Assembly: GCA_964057225.1 (NCBI GenBank)
Contig: OZ059899.1
Span: forward strand, 5,456,001-5,520,000
Direction: 5' to 3'
Length of the DNA: 64,000 nt
DNA from: Auanema rhodensis
Lineage: Eukaryota > Animalia > Nematoda
Position 1 is the stretch's first letter. The number at the start of each line of letters is the position of its first letter. Below are positions 40,400 to 53,952 of the stretch, piece after piece. A model generated the notes under the pieces. That model saw only the letters and a program-made list of their open reading frames with translations, was not told the DNA's origin and did not search any database. The position numbers and the translations under genes were made by a program.

Positions 40400-40625
40400 A
40401 AGAAAAGCTTCTAAAAAATAATCTTAGTACAAGAATAAAGATTAAAAAAAAAGAGATATTACAAAAGGAACAAACTTTAACAGTTTAAAAAGAAAATACA
40501 TCATATAATTCATTTTAATAAGAATAAAAATGAAAACCCGCATAGTACGATAAGTGAGTATCAGAACAATTAACAAATCGAAATCAACAAATTATTTGAA
40601 TAATATACAAAACGTGTAAAGGGCG

Positions 40626-42506
<1,881 letters not shown>

Positions 42507-42806
42507 TTTCAGTCAAAATTTTATACAATATAAAAAATTTGAAATTTAAAAACTGTGCGCCTTAACAACTCAAAAATGAGTCCAAATCAATACACGCTTG
42601 AGTATAAGCGTATTGTCGCGTACGTAACGATAAATTACGTACATTGTGAAGAATTTTTTCCCCACTAAAGAAAATTTGCTATTTACAAAAAAAATGTGAA
42701 GATTGCGCAGAAATAATTTATTACATTGAAAATTATGAAGTACAAGCAATAAGTATCTTTAAGGGATTAAAACAATTATAGGAAATTAAATCGGAAAATT
42801 CAGTGA

Positions 42807-44119
42807 TCATTGCTTAACAGTAGTAAGCGCTGTCCTGGCTTGTTCTACAGCTGATATTAAAGTAGATGCTCCAGGATTATTCGTCTTAAACTTAATAATA
42901 TAAATAACAGTATTTTCTCAAATACATACACTCTTATAAATGTTAATTATTTTGTCCATGGCTCCTGTTCCAACTGCAATGCTCTCTTTTTTCTTATCTA
43001 CAGCACCTTTGAAATGATTAACAAGATAATTCGTGCACTAGAAATGATATAAATATTTAAGAAAACAAGTATATACGTACAAGTACAATTCCGTATAAAG
43101 CACGTAAATCTTTGGGATTAAGTTTAATTGTTTGATCGTAGTAAGACTTGGCAAGCTCAATATTATCTTGGCCACCTTGACAATAGCGTAAATCTGCTAA
43201 TCGCCGTAAAAATAGAGTATTCAATGGCTATAAAAGAGATACAACAAAATTATAATTGAGTGAAACTGACCGAAATTAAAACACATTCTTCTAAACAATG
43301 TACTGCCTTAGGAAGATCATTTTCTGTGAGAAAGAGTTCGCTCAATTGAAGCCATGCTTCACTATCGTTCAAAAAAACCTAAGAACGTGATTGAAACATA
43401 GCTATTTAACTATTATATACTTGTAAATAATCATTTAATTCTCGTATTGCCTCCAACCGTTTAGACTGAGCTAAAAAAAGAGCTACTTTTCGTTTACGAA
43501 TACCCTAAACTGTACTTTGAGTAAAAGAAAGAAAAAATATATTTACATTATTAGTAGGATCATTATCAATAAGACCATTGTAAATTTTTAAAGCTGCATC
43601 ATATCTTCAAAAATAAAAGCTTTTTTTTAATAAAAAGAGCCTTGTCTACCTGCCCTGAGCTTCATAAAACATTGCTTTTAATTTTAACACACGGGGACTG
43701 TTAGGGAATCGGCCATTTAGTGTTTTTAAACATTCATCAACAATAGGAATTTCAAAGCGATCAATAGCAGCAAAGCATAGCTAGAATTAAGAAGAAATTA
43801 TAAATTCTGAGAAAAAAAAGGCCAACTTGTTCGTATATGATCCACAATTCATCCCCTAAACCTGATCGATTTTTCTGCAAAACAAGTTCCCAAATATCTA
43901 TTATCTGTAAATTATTAAATTCATAAAGCAAAGGAGAGGAAACTGAACATCTTCGCTATTACGTGCTCCTGAATCCCTCCACTCTTTTAACAATTTCCTA
44001 GCATCTAAAAAACATTTTTCTATGCGAAATAATTAATAAATAATGAAAAATTATATATTTTTCTAAATACCTTCAAAAGATAACTCATTCAAATTGTCTT
44101 TATTATAATCTAGTACCAT
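42807..44119 (-). CDS. emc-2: ER membrane protein complex subunit 2 (TPR)
   Basis: LGDELWIIYEQ, RFPNSPRVLKLKAMFYEA, DPTNNGIRKRKVA, AIRELNDYLQVFLNDSEAWLQLSELF, DLRALYG. Confidence 0.94.
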
Positions 44120-44444
44120 TCTAAAAATAAAAAACTTGTATGGAACAAACGGTAAGTTAAAACTATGAAATATATTGATATTCTGCCCTTACAGTAGCTT
44201 GGCACCATGAATAGGTTATATTAAGTTGGTGCATATTTGGTGCTATGGTGCATGTTACGCTAATACAATAGATTCGGTCTGCAGTTTTATTCCTTCGATT
44301 GAATAATTCATAACAAAACTTGTTAAAAAATCCATGATGATCATACCCATAGCATGCAAATATAAAAACGACAATTGGAAATTAGTATGTTACACACATT
44401 TTAACAGAAATAAATATATTTACAGTACAAATGCAATCTAATTT

Positions 44445-45820
44445 TTATAAACAGATAATGAAATCAATTCTGGATAAAATTGGAGGAATATTATCACCGT
44501 TTCCACCAGAATGTTTCCAATTTTCGGTCAAAATTCTGTTAAAAATAGTAAATTTTAAAAAAGAAGGGCTAATACCTCGAAGATTGTTCCTCACAAAACT
44601 CCCTTGTCTCAGATGTCCTAGATAATGTTAACAAATTCAATCTATCACCAGTCTGAATTTTAAAAAAAAGTTAGATTCTTAATATTGGGGTTACCTGGTT
44701 TGTATCAGGATCACAGAATGCATGTAGAACCAAAGGAGCATCCCATTTCATTTTATCAATACCTAACAAACTGATCACTCCAACACTGGATTTTGATGTT
44801 CCGATTCCTAAAACTCTTTCATTTCGATGTGTTAATTTTAATGTTTTGCTAACGAGTTCGAACTGTTTCATGCAACGATGCTCGTTCAATTTTTTCCGTC
44901 AAAGGAATAGGTTGGAATAATGGACTGTGAAAATTAGTCTATAAAATAGGATATACGTCCCAGAATACACAGAAACAGATTAATAATACCATAACATATT
45001 GATTCAGATCTTTCACCAATTGATCGGCATTGGAGCCGGAAAATAATATTGTTCTAGTTAAAACTTCCGGGGAATTTTTGTTTATCTAAACCAAAAAATG
45101 CATTTTTTAATATTATTGACTAACCTTATTTTTATAAAATTTTTGCATTGTAAACTGTACAATTTGTTTTCCTGAATCAGGTAAAGATTTGTACCTCTCC
45201 AACACTACATTCAGATTTTCTGCCCATAAGATATTAGGCTTCGAATTGGAAGAAAAACTCTGAAAATCAAACAATACTTTAAAATATAAAACTATAACAT
45301 ACAAAGAAAATTGCCAAAATGAGACCGCAAACTATACAGGCTAAAATGTATAGACGATTCTTCAAGACAAAGTCGTTATTCATATTTCTACTAATATTAT
45401 CCATGTAGTCGCACATTTGTTGCCATATGGGTTGAGCAACGAAATCGGTAGCTGGTTTATTAGCATCCAAGAAAACGTCAATTTTTTTCTCCATTAAGCT
45501 CCTTCTGAATATTATCTTTACAATACAAGGATAACTACCATATTCGTGACAAATTGTAAAAATTGAGAAGTAAGAAATAAATTACTACCTGGATTTTGAA
45601 ATTCGTTTCATTCTATCTTGTGCTGCAGAATATTCGTTATACTGTTCGCTAAATCTAAGCCATAATATTAATCCGAGAAACATGCATACTCTGTAAATTC
45701 CTCTTGTTCTTCCCTAGCCTGTTCAACAACGGAGGATTCAGACGATCTATAAATTCTCAAATTGTAATAAAATTTTCCTTTCAACAAAAACCCCTGGAAA
45801 GAATCTATTTCCTGATCCAT
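44445..45820 (-). CDS. Type II membrane protein with a LAP1/LULL1 (TOR1AIP)-like luminal domain; candidate torsin activator
   Basis: Charged N-terminus, one TM (RLYILACIVCGLILAIFF), then luminal ...GIDKMKWDAPLVLHAFCDPD...LTENWKHSGGNGDNIPPILSRIDFIICL*. The gene model is solid; the family call is by motif recognition. Confidence 0.72.
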
Positions 45821-46283
45821 TACACGTCGTAACCGAGCTTTGAGATGCGTAAAAAAGAAACACTTAATAATTTAGAAACCCGCTACAAAAAATGCAAAGC
45901 ACACTATGAATTACGTATTTATTAGAATAATAATATGTATATATGAAGTTGAATATATGGATAAATCTTAGGCAGTTGATTTATCTGTTTTAGAATAAAA
46001 TGATAATAAAATCCGCAACCTATCAAATTACTATATATTATCTAGATACATAACATAATAAAATAAGTAATAAGTATAAGGAGTAATAACACAGAGCATT
46101 TTCGGTCAAACGGCAGTTAATTTTTTTCTCATTTTTAAAGTTCTTTTTTTTCGTGTTTAATATTTAAATTTTATTTTTGTAACTAATTCAATTTTCATAG
46201 TGGGAAATGGGGAAGAGCAAACATAAAGAAGAAAAGGTTTTGAATTCACAAAATATGCAAATTTTATTAATTCGTTTAAGGAA
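45821..46283. promoter_or_regulatory. Compact bidirectional promoter region between two divergent gene clusters
   Basis: About 460-bp AT-rich gap between divergent ATGs at 45820 (-) and 46284 (+). Confidence 0.55.
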
Positions 46284-47282
46284 ATGTCAGTGGATTCCCT
46301 TCCTACTATCTTATATAGTGATAGTGACAGAGCATCTTTATCTTCTAATTCAACTGATGATGACATAGATGAAACTGAGCTTCCAGTAAAGGTATAATGT
46401 TCTATAATTCTTTCTAATTAATGCTTATGTTAAGAAGTTTAATCCTGAAATGGATGATATGGAACCCTCCCCTAAAAAATCTAGGAAAAGTTTTGGAATT
46501 GAGCCTGAGCCAACTAACGTAATTTTGACAATGTTTTGTTGTGTAATCATTTTGTTTATTTTAGGTAGATGATGAATATTCAGGTGTTGACAGCAGTAAT
46601 GCGGAAATTATTTTGATAAGGAAACCGATTGAAGTGAGATCAGATTTTGTTTTGAAAATTTATGATTATTAATAGGTTTCTATCGGGGATTTGAAAAATC
46701 TGAAGTTGATTAAGTTAGCATCTAAGAATAAGAACTTCACTACGGGTATCATTTTTCACATTTATGACTTTTAAAATGTATTTTGCAGGAGATGGAACTT
46801 TTGATGTTTCTCTTACTGATTGCAAAGAAATGGTTCATATTTCTTGTCCAACGTTTACTACTGCTAAAGATGTGTTTAATATCAAGCCTAGTAAGTTCAA
46901 TATGTTATTAATTAACTCCGATATCTTAAATTAGGCGGTACTATTTCACAACATATCAATATTAAAAGAGTCCAAGATATACCAGGTATTTTATTCAATA
47001 TAATTAATATACTATGTTTCTTACAGAAGAAGAGACTAATATTCGTATAAAATCTATTCGTAAAAAACCTTCATTGAAAATGGGACATCTACAACAACGT
47101 CTTAAGGCTTATGGTGAGCAATTTTTTTTAGTGTTTTCTACATCTTTTAATGGACGCTCTAATAATCCTGCAATCCAACTGTGTCGAATTTCGACGAGAC
47201 ATACAAATATTCTTGTTAGTTTTATATTTCTGTATTTAAAATAATTTTAGGAGTCCGTCGTAAAAAAATTGAGAAACAATAA
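46284..47282 (+). CDS. Small protein resembling RNA polymerase I subunit RPA34/POLR1G (CD3EAP, A34.5)
   Basis: Spliced product contains AEIILIRKPIEVSIGDLKNLKL and KPSLKMGHLQQRLKAYGVRRKK*, resembling RPA34 ELWLI-x-AP and LRPRFCAFG motifs. Confidence 0.6.
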
Positions 47283-47332
47283 GCTGAAAGTGGGACAATT
47301 TTCCAATTCTCAATTATGAGTTAAGATGCTTT

Positions 47333-47378
47333 GCTGTTGTTGTTGTTGTTGTTATTGTTGTTAGCACCGCTGTTGTTA
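47333..47378 (+). repeat. (TGT)n U/G-rich tract in the spacer between RPA34-like and snapin
   Basis: gctgttgttgttgttgttgttattgttgttagcaccgctgttgtt. Confidence 0.75.
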
Positions 47379-47486
47379 AATTTGTTCATAAATTTTTATC
47401 AAGTTCAATTTCATTATATTGAATCTGTTTTGTCAATAGTTACTTAAGAGTTCATATTCTTTCTAAGTAACCCAACGGTTTTCAAG

Positions 47487-47951
47487 ATGTCCTCGGGCTC
47501 GGAAAGCACGTGTTCTGACTATGGAGGTTCAGATATGGGAGAAGGATTGATGAGTGTTGTTCGTCCAGCGATTCATCAACTTGATGCTCAAGTAGAATCA
47601 ACCAAACTTAGTCAAGTATTATCATACTATAAACTAAATTGAAATCGTATTTGTTTGTTATAGGTATTACTAGCCACGAGAATTCAAGAGTTATCGGAAC
47701 TGCTCCGCGAAATCAGTGAAGATCAACCGTATGATTTGGATGTTTATGCCAGAAAATTAAATGACAGTAGAAGGTATGCTACTGTTGTATAGTAAAAAAA
47801 TGTGTTTTATTTCAGAAGAGTAACAGCTTCTGGAAAACTTCTTGAAAACATTCACGAACGGTTGATTAAACTACAACGTGATGTTGCGCGAAAGTCTCAT
47901 GTAGTTAAGTCAGATATGACATCTCCGCCTCCGCAGCCCCCTACAAGATGA
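47487..47951 (+). CDS. snpn-1: Snapin, BLOC-1/BORC subunit
   Basis: GEGLMSVVRPAIHQLDAQVESTKLSQ-VLLATRIQEL...PYDLDVYARKLNDSRRRV...LENIHERLIKL. Confidence 0.92.
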
Positions 47952-48408
47952 ATCTGTAGAATGATTTCAACTAGTTTTGTAGGATCTTGGTTATTTTCTG
48001 ATATATCTGCCCATTGATATTCTTTTCAAAAACTAAAATAATCAAAATGTTTTTTAAAATTTTCTAATTAAAAAAAGCGATTTGTCCGTAATTTTGTATA
48101 TATTTGTGATATTATGTTGGCCCTGGTGAGCAGATCTCATTATGTTAACTATTATTATTTTTATGAAAATTTCTTAAAAACCTTTTTTAAATGAACATTA
48201 CGTAATTGAAGATGAAATTGGTGTTTGTTTATAGTTTCCGACCTTGGCAATAAAACTTCATAGTTGACAACAATTCTGGCCATTCTCGCCTGTTCTCATT
48301 TGTGGTGATCCTCCGAGACGTTTGGCCTTGGCTCTCGGTTAATTCTATTCTATTATCCTAGTTCATTTATTTAAAATTTTCACCTATTATTTCTGGATAT
48401 AAAACTTA

Positions 48409-51400
48409 ATGAGACTCCTGTTCATCTTAACCCTAGCCTTTTGCTGGGGGAGGTGCGAAGCACAAGAGTTTTCGAGCTCGGTGAGTTTTTCTTATCTCTC
48501 CCGAAATTTGAAAAAAAATGCTGCTTTGTTCTCACATAACATGTAGAAAAAAACAGAAGTTACTACTTGATTAAACTTTAAGATTAATTACATATATAAA
48601 CTCGTGGATTATTTATATCCAAGTTTGAACTGCTTACCCGAAGATAATATATCGGATAAATTTACTTATAAACATATTTTGAAGATTGAATATGAAATGA
48701 ATAATCTTCATCATTATCAGCTTATAAGAACAAGTTTTCCTTCAAAGTAGACCGTTTACTTGTTTTCATAGCTTTTTATTTGGGTCATTTAGATAAATTA
48801 GAATTTTTGATAACAAAAAGATTATTTTTCTAAAATTATTTGAAAACAATAATTTTTTTATTTCAGGATCATCCATATATTCAATTTCATGAACGCCCTC
48901 TCCCAATTCCCCCTTTCCATGGAGGAGACGGTCCACAGGTTAGAAATTAGTTTAAAAATCAAATTGAAACAAAGTTATAATTGGAATGTTTTTCTAAGTA
49001 ATCTTAGATTCTCCACGCTGTTCAAGGATATGATGCAGATCCACATTGCCGAACACCAAGGAACGCAGCTACAGTGTTCATTGAATTCTCAGAAAATATT
49101 CTAGAAGATTACTCAGATGGTGCTCGAATGCCCGTGAAAGGTTTGTATGAAGTTTTCGGTTTAATCGATAAAGTTTTTGACATTTAATATAGCTATTGGA
49201 GATCCTTTTGATTTAGTTGACCAATTCATTAGATAGAGGTCAATCAGTGAGCCTTTTGAGTTTTTAGAAGTTTTTGTCTTTTAGATGATTATCGCTACAG
49301 TATTATCATACATTAGTTTAAAATTTTCAATCTTTTCAAGTTTCATAATATTTATTAGTTTCTATATATAAGTATATACACATATACATGTATATGTATA
49401 TCAGTATTTTAAAAATCAGAAAACCAAGATAAAATATAATATATAAATAAATAGTTTTGTTATCAAACTTTATATCTTTTTAGATTTTATATTTTCGGTT
49501 TTGAATTAAATTTTTAGAAAAAAGAGACAAAAAAAAAACAAAGTGAATTGAAGTAAAAAAAAAATATTTTTTTTAGCCTCATGTGCTCCTTGTAAGACGG
49601 GATCCAGATTTTCATATGCTCCACTTCCAAGGGGACAAGATCTTGATGAACTTGTTGTTGGTGATATTAAAGATATAGTTATTGGAGGTATAATTTCAAA
49701 AGAAATGATTTATTTTATGGAAGATTAATATAATAATTATTTTATTATAATTATTTATAATAATACTTTTTCAGGGTTTAGATGTGCAAATAATTCCCAC
49801 CTATGTGTCGAGGCAACAGATGGAACATATTACAAGGCCAATTCTGATAATGTTGTAATTTGGCCTATACCATATTTAAAAAGTTTAAATCTGCTAAATT
49901 CAACATTTTAAATAATAATTACAGATAAAAAGCCTGTAATGCTGGGTATTCTAGATCCAACTGAATCTCTTAGAGAACTGATTGGAACTAAAATAGAGAG
50001 TGGATCTAATCAATTAATGGTTACATTTGAAAAATAACAATTTAATAGAAGCTTATAACTAATTTTAGAGCACAAATCCAATGAAATACAAGAAAGGATA
50101 TGAACATAAATATATCGAATTGGAAGGAATTTCATGTAATTCATGCAATGGTGCCATGAAACAGTGTCCCCTATTGGCTGGACCTCCAAGAACACAACTC
50201 AGACTTAATGATTGGAGAGTTCCGTGGGTACATTGTGTGAAATATTTGTTATAAACAATATGCTTATAGTGGAACTGATATTAAACCTCCAGGTGAAGCA
50301 CCAGTAGCTCACATAGAACAACCAAATATTGAAAAAGCTGGATATAAGTATAGTTTTTAAAAATGTTAAAATAATTTAAAGCTTTTATAATTCAAGTTAT
50401 AATGGACCAGAAACTTATTCATCTGATACATATAGTAAAGAACAAAAATCTGCAACAGAAGAGCCATATTCTAACTTAGGTTTGAACTTATTTTTTTATA
50501 AATTTATTAATATATGTATAGGATATGAAGAAAATGGAGTTTATGTACAACCCGATGGAATGAATCCTTATCTTGATCCAAATTTTGATTTAAATGATAA
50601 ATCAACATCAAATTCCGGAAATGTTAAGGCTAAAGGTTAAAGTTACAGATAAATGTTTAAGTAAACAATTTATTATTTTAGATTCACAAATTCGTTTAAC
50701 CTATCCAACAACAACAACGACCACAACAACAACACCAACTGTAAAACCAGTTGTTCAGAGATTCACTGATAATAGAAGAATCATTGAGGTTAAGAAGTAT
50801 CAAAAACTTAATTTTATATAAGATATTATAGACTATAAATTCTCGTATTTCTTCGCAATCTCGTGGCCAAGATATTAGACGGTTTTCTAATCTTTTTGTA
50901 AACACAATTATTATTTTATTTATAGTGCTCCTGTACCAGTTCATATGAAAAATGATTTTCTACAAAAATCGCTCTTCACTTCTCGTCTAACTCCAAAAAT
51001 TCATCAGATGCTGACGACTCAAGCTCAACTTGAGGTCACTGTTATGCCTCTCAATCCTCCCCCTGTTGTAACCCCACAACACCAAGTTCAATTACAGAGA
51101 AATGTTGTTAATAATATTGTTGAACCTGTTGTACAGAGTACAACAGTTAGAGTGCCTGTGCCAGAGGAAAGGGTGCCTAAAATGCCTGAAAATTCTCAAC
51201 CGCCAACATTTGTATCTATGAACCAATCTCCACAACCCGAAAATCTTCCAGTTCGTGTTGCTGTTCAAAATCCCTCTATTACCATTCCTATAGAGACTTC
51301 TGTACCATTAATGTCTCACGGTTCTCTTCAGAATATCCCACCACAGTTCTCTTCCCAAGTCACTTCGCAAAATGTCCCAGAAATGACTCCTCCCAATATT

Positions 51401-52984
51401 GCCCTCCAGAATCATGTATCTCTAAATGTTCCCCAGACTTCCTCTCCTGAAATTCCTTCGTCACAAAGTGATATTATAAATCTCACACCTCCAGCTGTTC
51501 ATGAACAGTTTCCTCCTATGGTTTCCCATCAAAATATATCGCCTGAAGCTCGTTTACCGAATCTCAATCTTCACACTTTTGCATCACAACTTCCTCAAGA
51601 TACACAACCTCAATCAATTCCTCAAAATATTCCATTCCACTTCATTCAGCAAAATACTCCCATCCAGCCAGTTTCTGAGATGATTCCTGTGCAGTTTATC
51701 TTCCGAAATCCTACAAATTCAGCACCTATGATGATTACTCAGAATATTCCTACTAATGAGCTTGTTCAGCTGCTTGCTGCTGAGTTCATGTCTCAAAATC
51801 CATCTATGAATGCTCAGCAATCTCCAACCTTCCCAGAGCAACAAACATTTGCACGAACACAGTTTCCTCCTAGCGTATTCCCCGTGCAAAATAATCAAAA
51901 TATTCCTACATCAAAACCTGCAGCAATGTCATTGCAACAAAATTCAACTGTACCAACTGAAGCTCAACAAGTTCTTAAAACAAATAATGTGCCTACCTTT
52001 GATTCTACTACAACAACATTCGAGCCCCAGGCAGTAACCGTGCAACCTCCTCAACCAATAGTTTCTCAAATTCCTATTCAAAATCATAATCCCGTGGAAA
52101 ATAGTTTCAGTATTGATGCTGAACCAAAACAAGACTTTGTTAAGCATCTTAATGATGTTATACCTTCCATACCCCGACCAATACAATCTCCTCCCCAATT
52201 TGTCCAACGGCCGGTACAACCTGCTCAACCATTTATTTCATCTATCCAATCTTCTCAACATATTTCAACAACAACATCTCCTTCCGTCAATATTCGAATT
52301 CCTGCTCACCGTTCTCAATCTTTGTTTGATTCCAATTCAGAACCCTTCCAACGAAGGCTTCTTCAACCTGCTCCGGAAACTATTAACTCAATCTGGGGAC
52401 AAGAAGCACTTAGATTCCCTGAATTAATTTCACCTGTTGAACAATCCTTATTGTTAAACTCGATTATTTCACCAGCAACTGGAGAAACTGTACCAGTGTT
52501 TCAACGTAACCCATTTCAACATCTACCTTTCGCTAATTCTGCCCCGGCATCACCTCCAGGAACATCAAAGTTCTTCCAAACAGAACTTCGTCCAGAACAC
52601 CCCTTCGAAGCTCAAATTGAAACAACAACATCACATCCTGATTTTTTGATCACCGAATCTAGTCAAAGTACAACTGAGACAATAAGTACAACAACCGAAG
52701 CAATAACTACAGTTGCTGAAGTAGGATCTGAAGCTGATATCAGCACGTTAAGTCCATTACCTCTGATTGGAGGTCCTGTTCCACCGCCAAAGGAAACAGC
52801 TTTTGATGGAAAGTTCACACAAGAATCACCCAGTATTGTTAGTTGTAACCATAATAACTATTTTTTCAATTTTGATATATTTCAGAAAGATGGACCACCT
52901 AGTCAAGTTCCAACATGGCAGTGGTTAATGGAACACCCAGCTCGTATGCGAGCTTTACTTCGTAGACGAAAGATGCGCGTCTGA
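48409..52984 (+). CDS. Secreted protein: signal peptide, Cys-rich N-terminal domain, long Pro/Gln/Thr/Ser mucin-like region
   Basis: Signal peptide MRLLFILTLAFCWGRCEA; exons with HCRTP, SCAPCK, GFRC..LCV, ISCNSC..QCP; poly-Thr; ORF 50945..52984; 48-nt in-frame intron at 52838-52885. Confidence 0.82.
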
Positions 52985-53310
52985 ATTTCGTTTAATCATT
53001 GAACAAACATTATTATAATATGAAATATTTTTTATTATTATAGTAATATATCATTGTATAAATTATTATAAAGCTCGAATTAAAGTGAAAGACAATTATA
53101 GGAAACCTATTAGATTGTAACAATATTGAAATCTATTAACATGAAAAGTTCCTATTTGATGATTTCAGTAGTCATTTTACCTATAGATAATCGAGATAAA
53201 TCTATTAAATGTATATAACACTGATAAGAAGATGAAAAACAAAGAAAAAAAAAACATAAAAATTGATTATGTATATTATGTGAAATAATTTGTATGATAA
53301 TAATAGATGG

Positions 53311-53330
53311 TCATGTCATGTCATGTCATG
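53311..53330. repeat. (TCATG)4 pentanucleotide repeat
   Basis: tcatgtcatgtcatgtcatg. Confidence 0.85.
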
Positions 53331-53600
53331 GAAAAAGAAAATGACTATCCTCATCCTATCTCACATTTGTTGATGAAAATATATAAAAACTATATAAATA
53401 GATGAGGTTAGTGCCATTTTATGGTCTTATATATGAACGTTTGAACTTTTGAATTCTAGAAATTTCTTAATTCTAGAATCATCTAATCTTGAGTTATTAT
53501 TCATTATCATGATCAAAGCACATAGAATCAAAAATTTGTTCTCTTTTCTTTCTTCTTAACCTTTTCTGTATTATTATGTTCTTTTTTACTTAATACAAAT

Positions 53601-53641
53601 ACACACACACACACACACATATATATAGTATATATATATAA
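53601..53641. repeat. Compound (AC)n/(AT)n microsatellite
   Basis: AC run followed by an interrupted AT run. Confidence 0.85.
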
Positions 53642-53952
53642 TAGAAAACACAAGGCACAATAGGACCAGCTGCTAGATGTACAGAACATGATATTCTCTC
53701 GACCTTGTTGAGCATGTAAAACAAGATGATGTCATTCATGTTTGATCATAAACATATTTGCAATTTAGTTTTCAAGGAAAATTTGATATGGAAAGAAAAC
53801 ACGAATGTTGGACAAATTAATTTTGAAAAGAGATTATTGGCTTCGCTCCCCGCAAATTTTTATTTGGTTTCTCATGAAAACCTATTAATCTAACCTCGAT
53901 CTTATACCCACATGTTATGAAGGAAAACATTTGTCTTTCTATTTCCTGTGAT

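Noticed and set aside
44185-44290. Possible H/ACA snoRNA (two small hairpins, ANANNA, repeated TGGTGC) between LAP1-like and emc-2
   Set aside because: Hairpins are too short and there is no ACA box after the second; not supportable without an Rfam scan
53451-53480. Heat-shock-element-like TTCTAGAAATTTC
   Set aside because: Lies between two convergent 3' ends, not in a promoter
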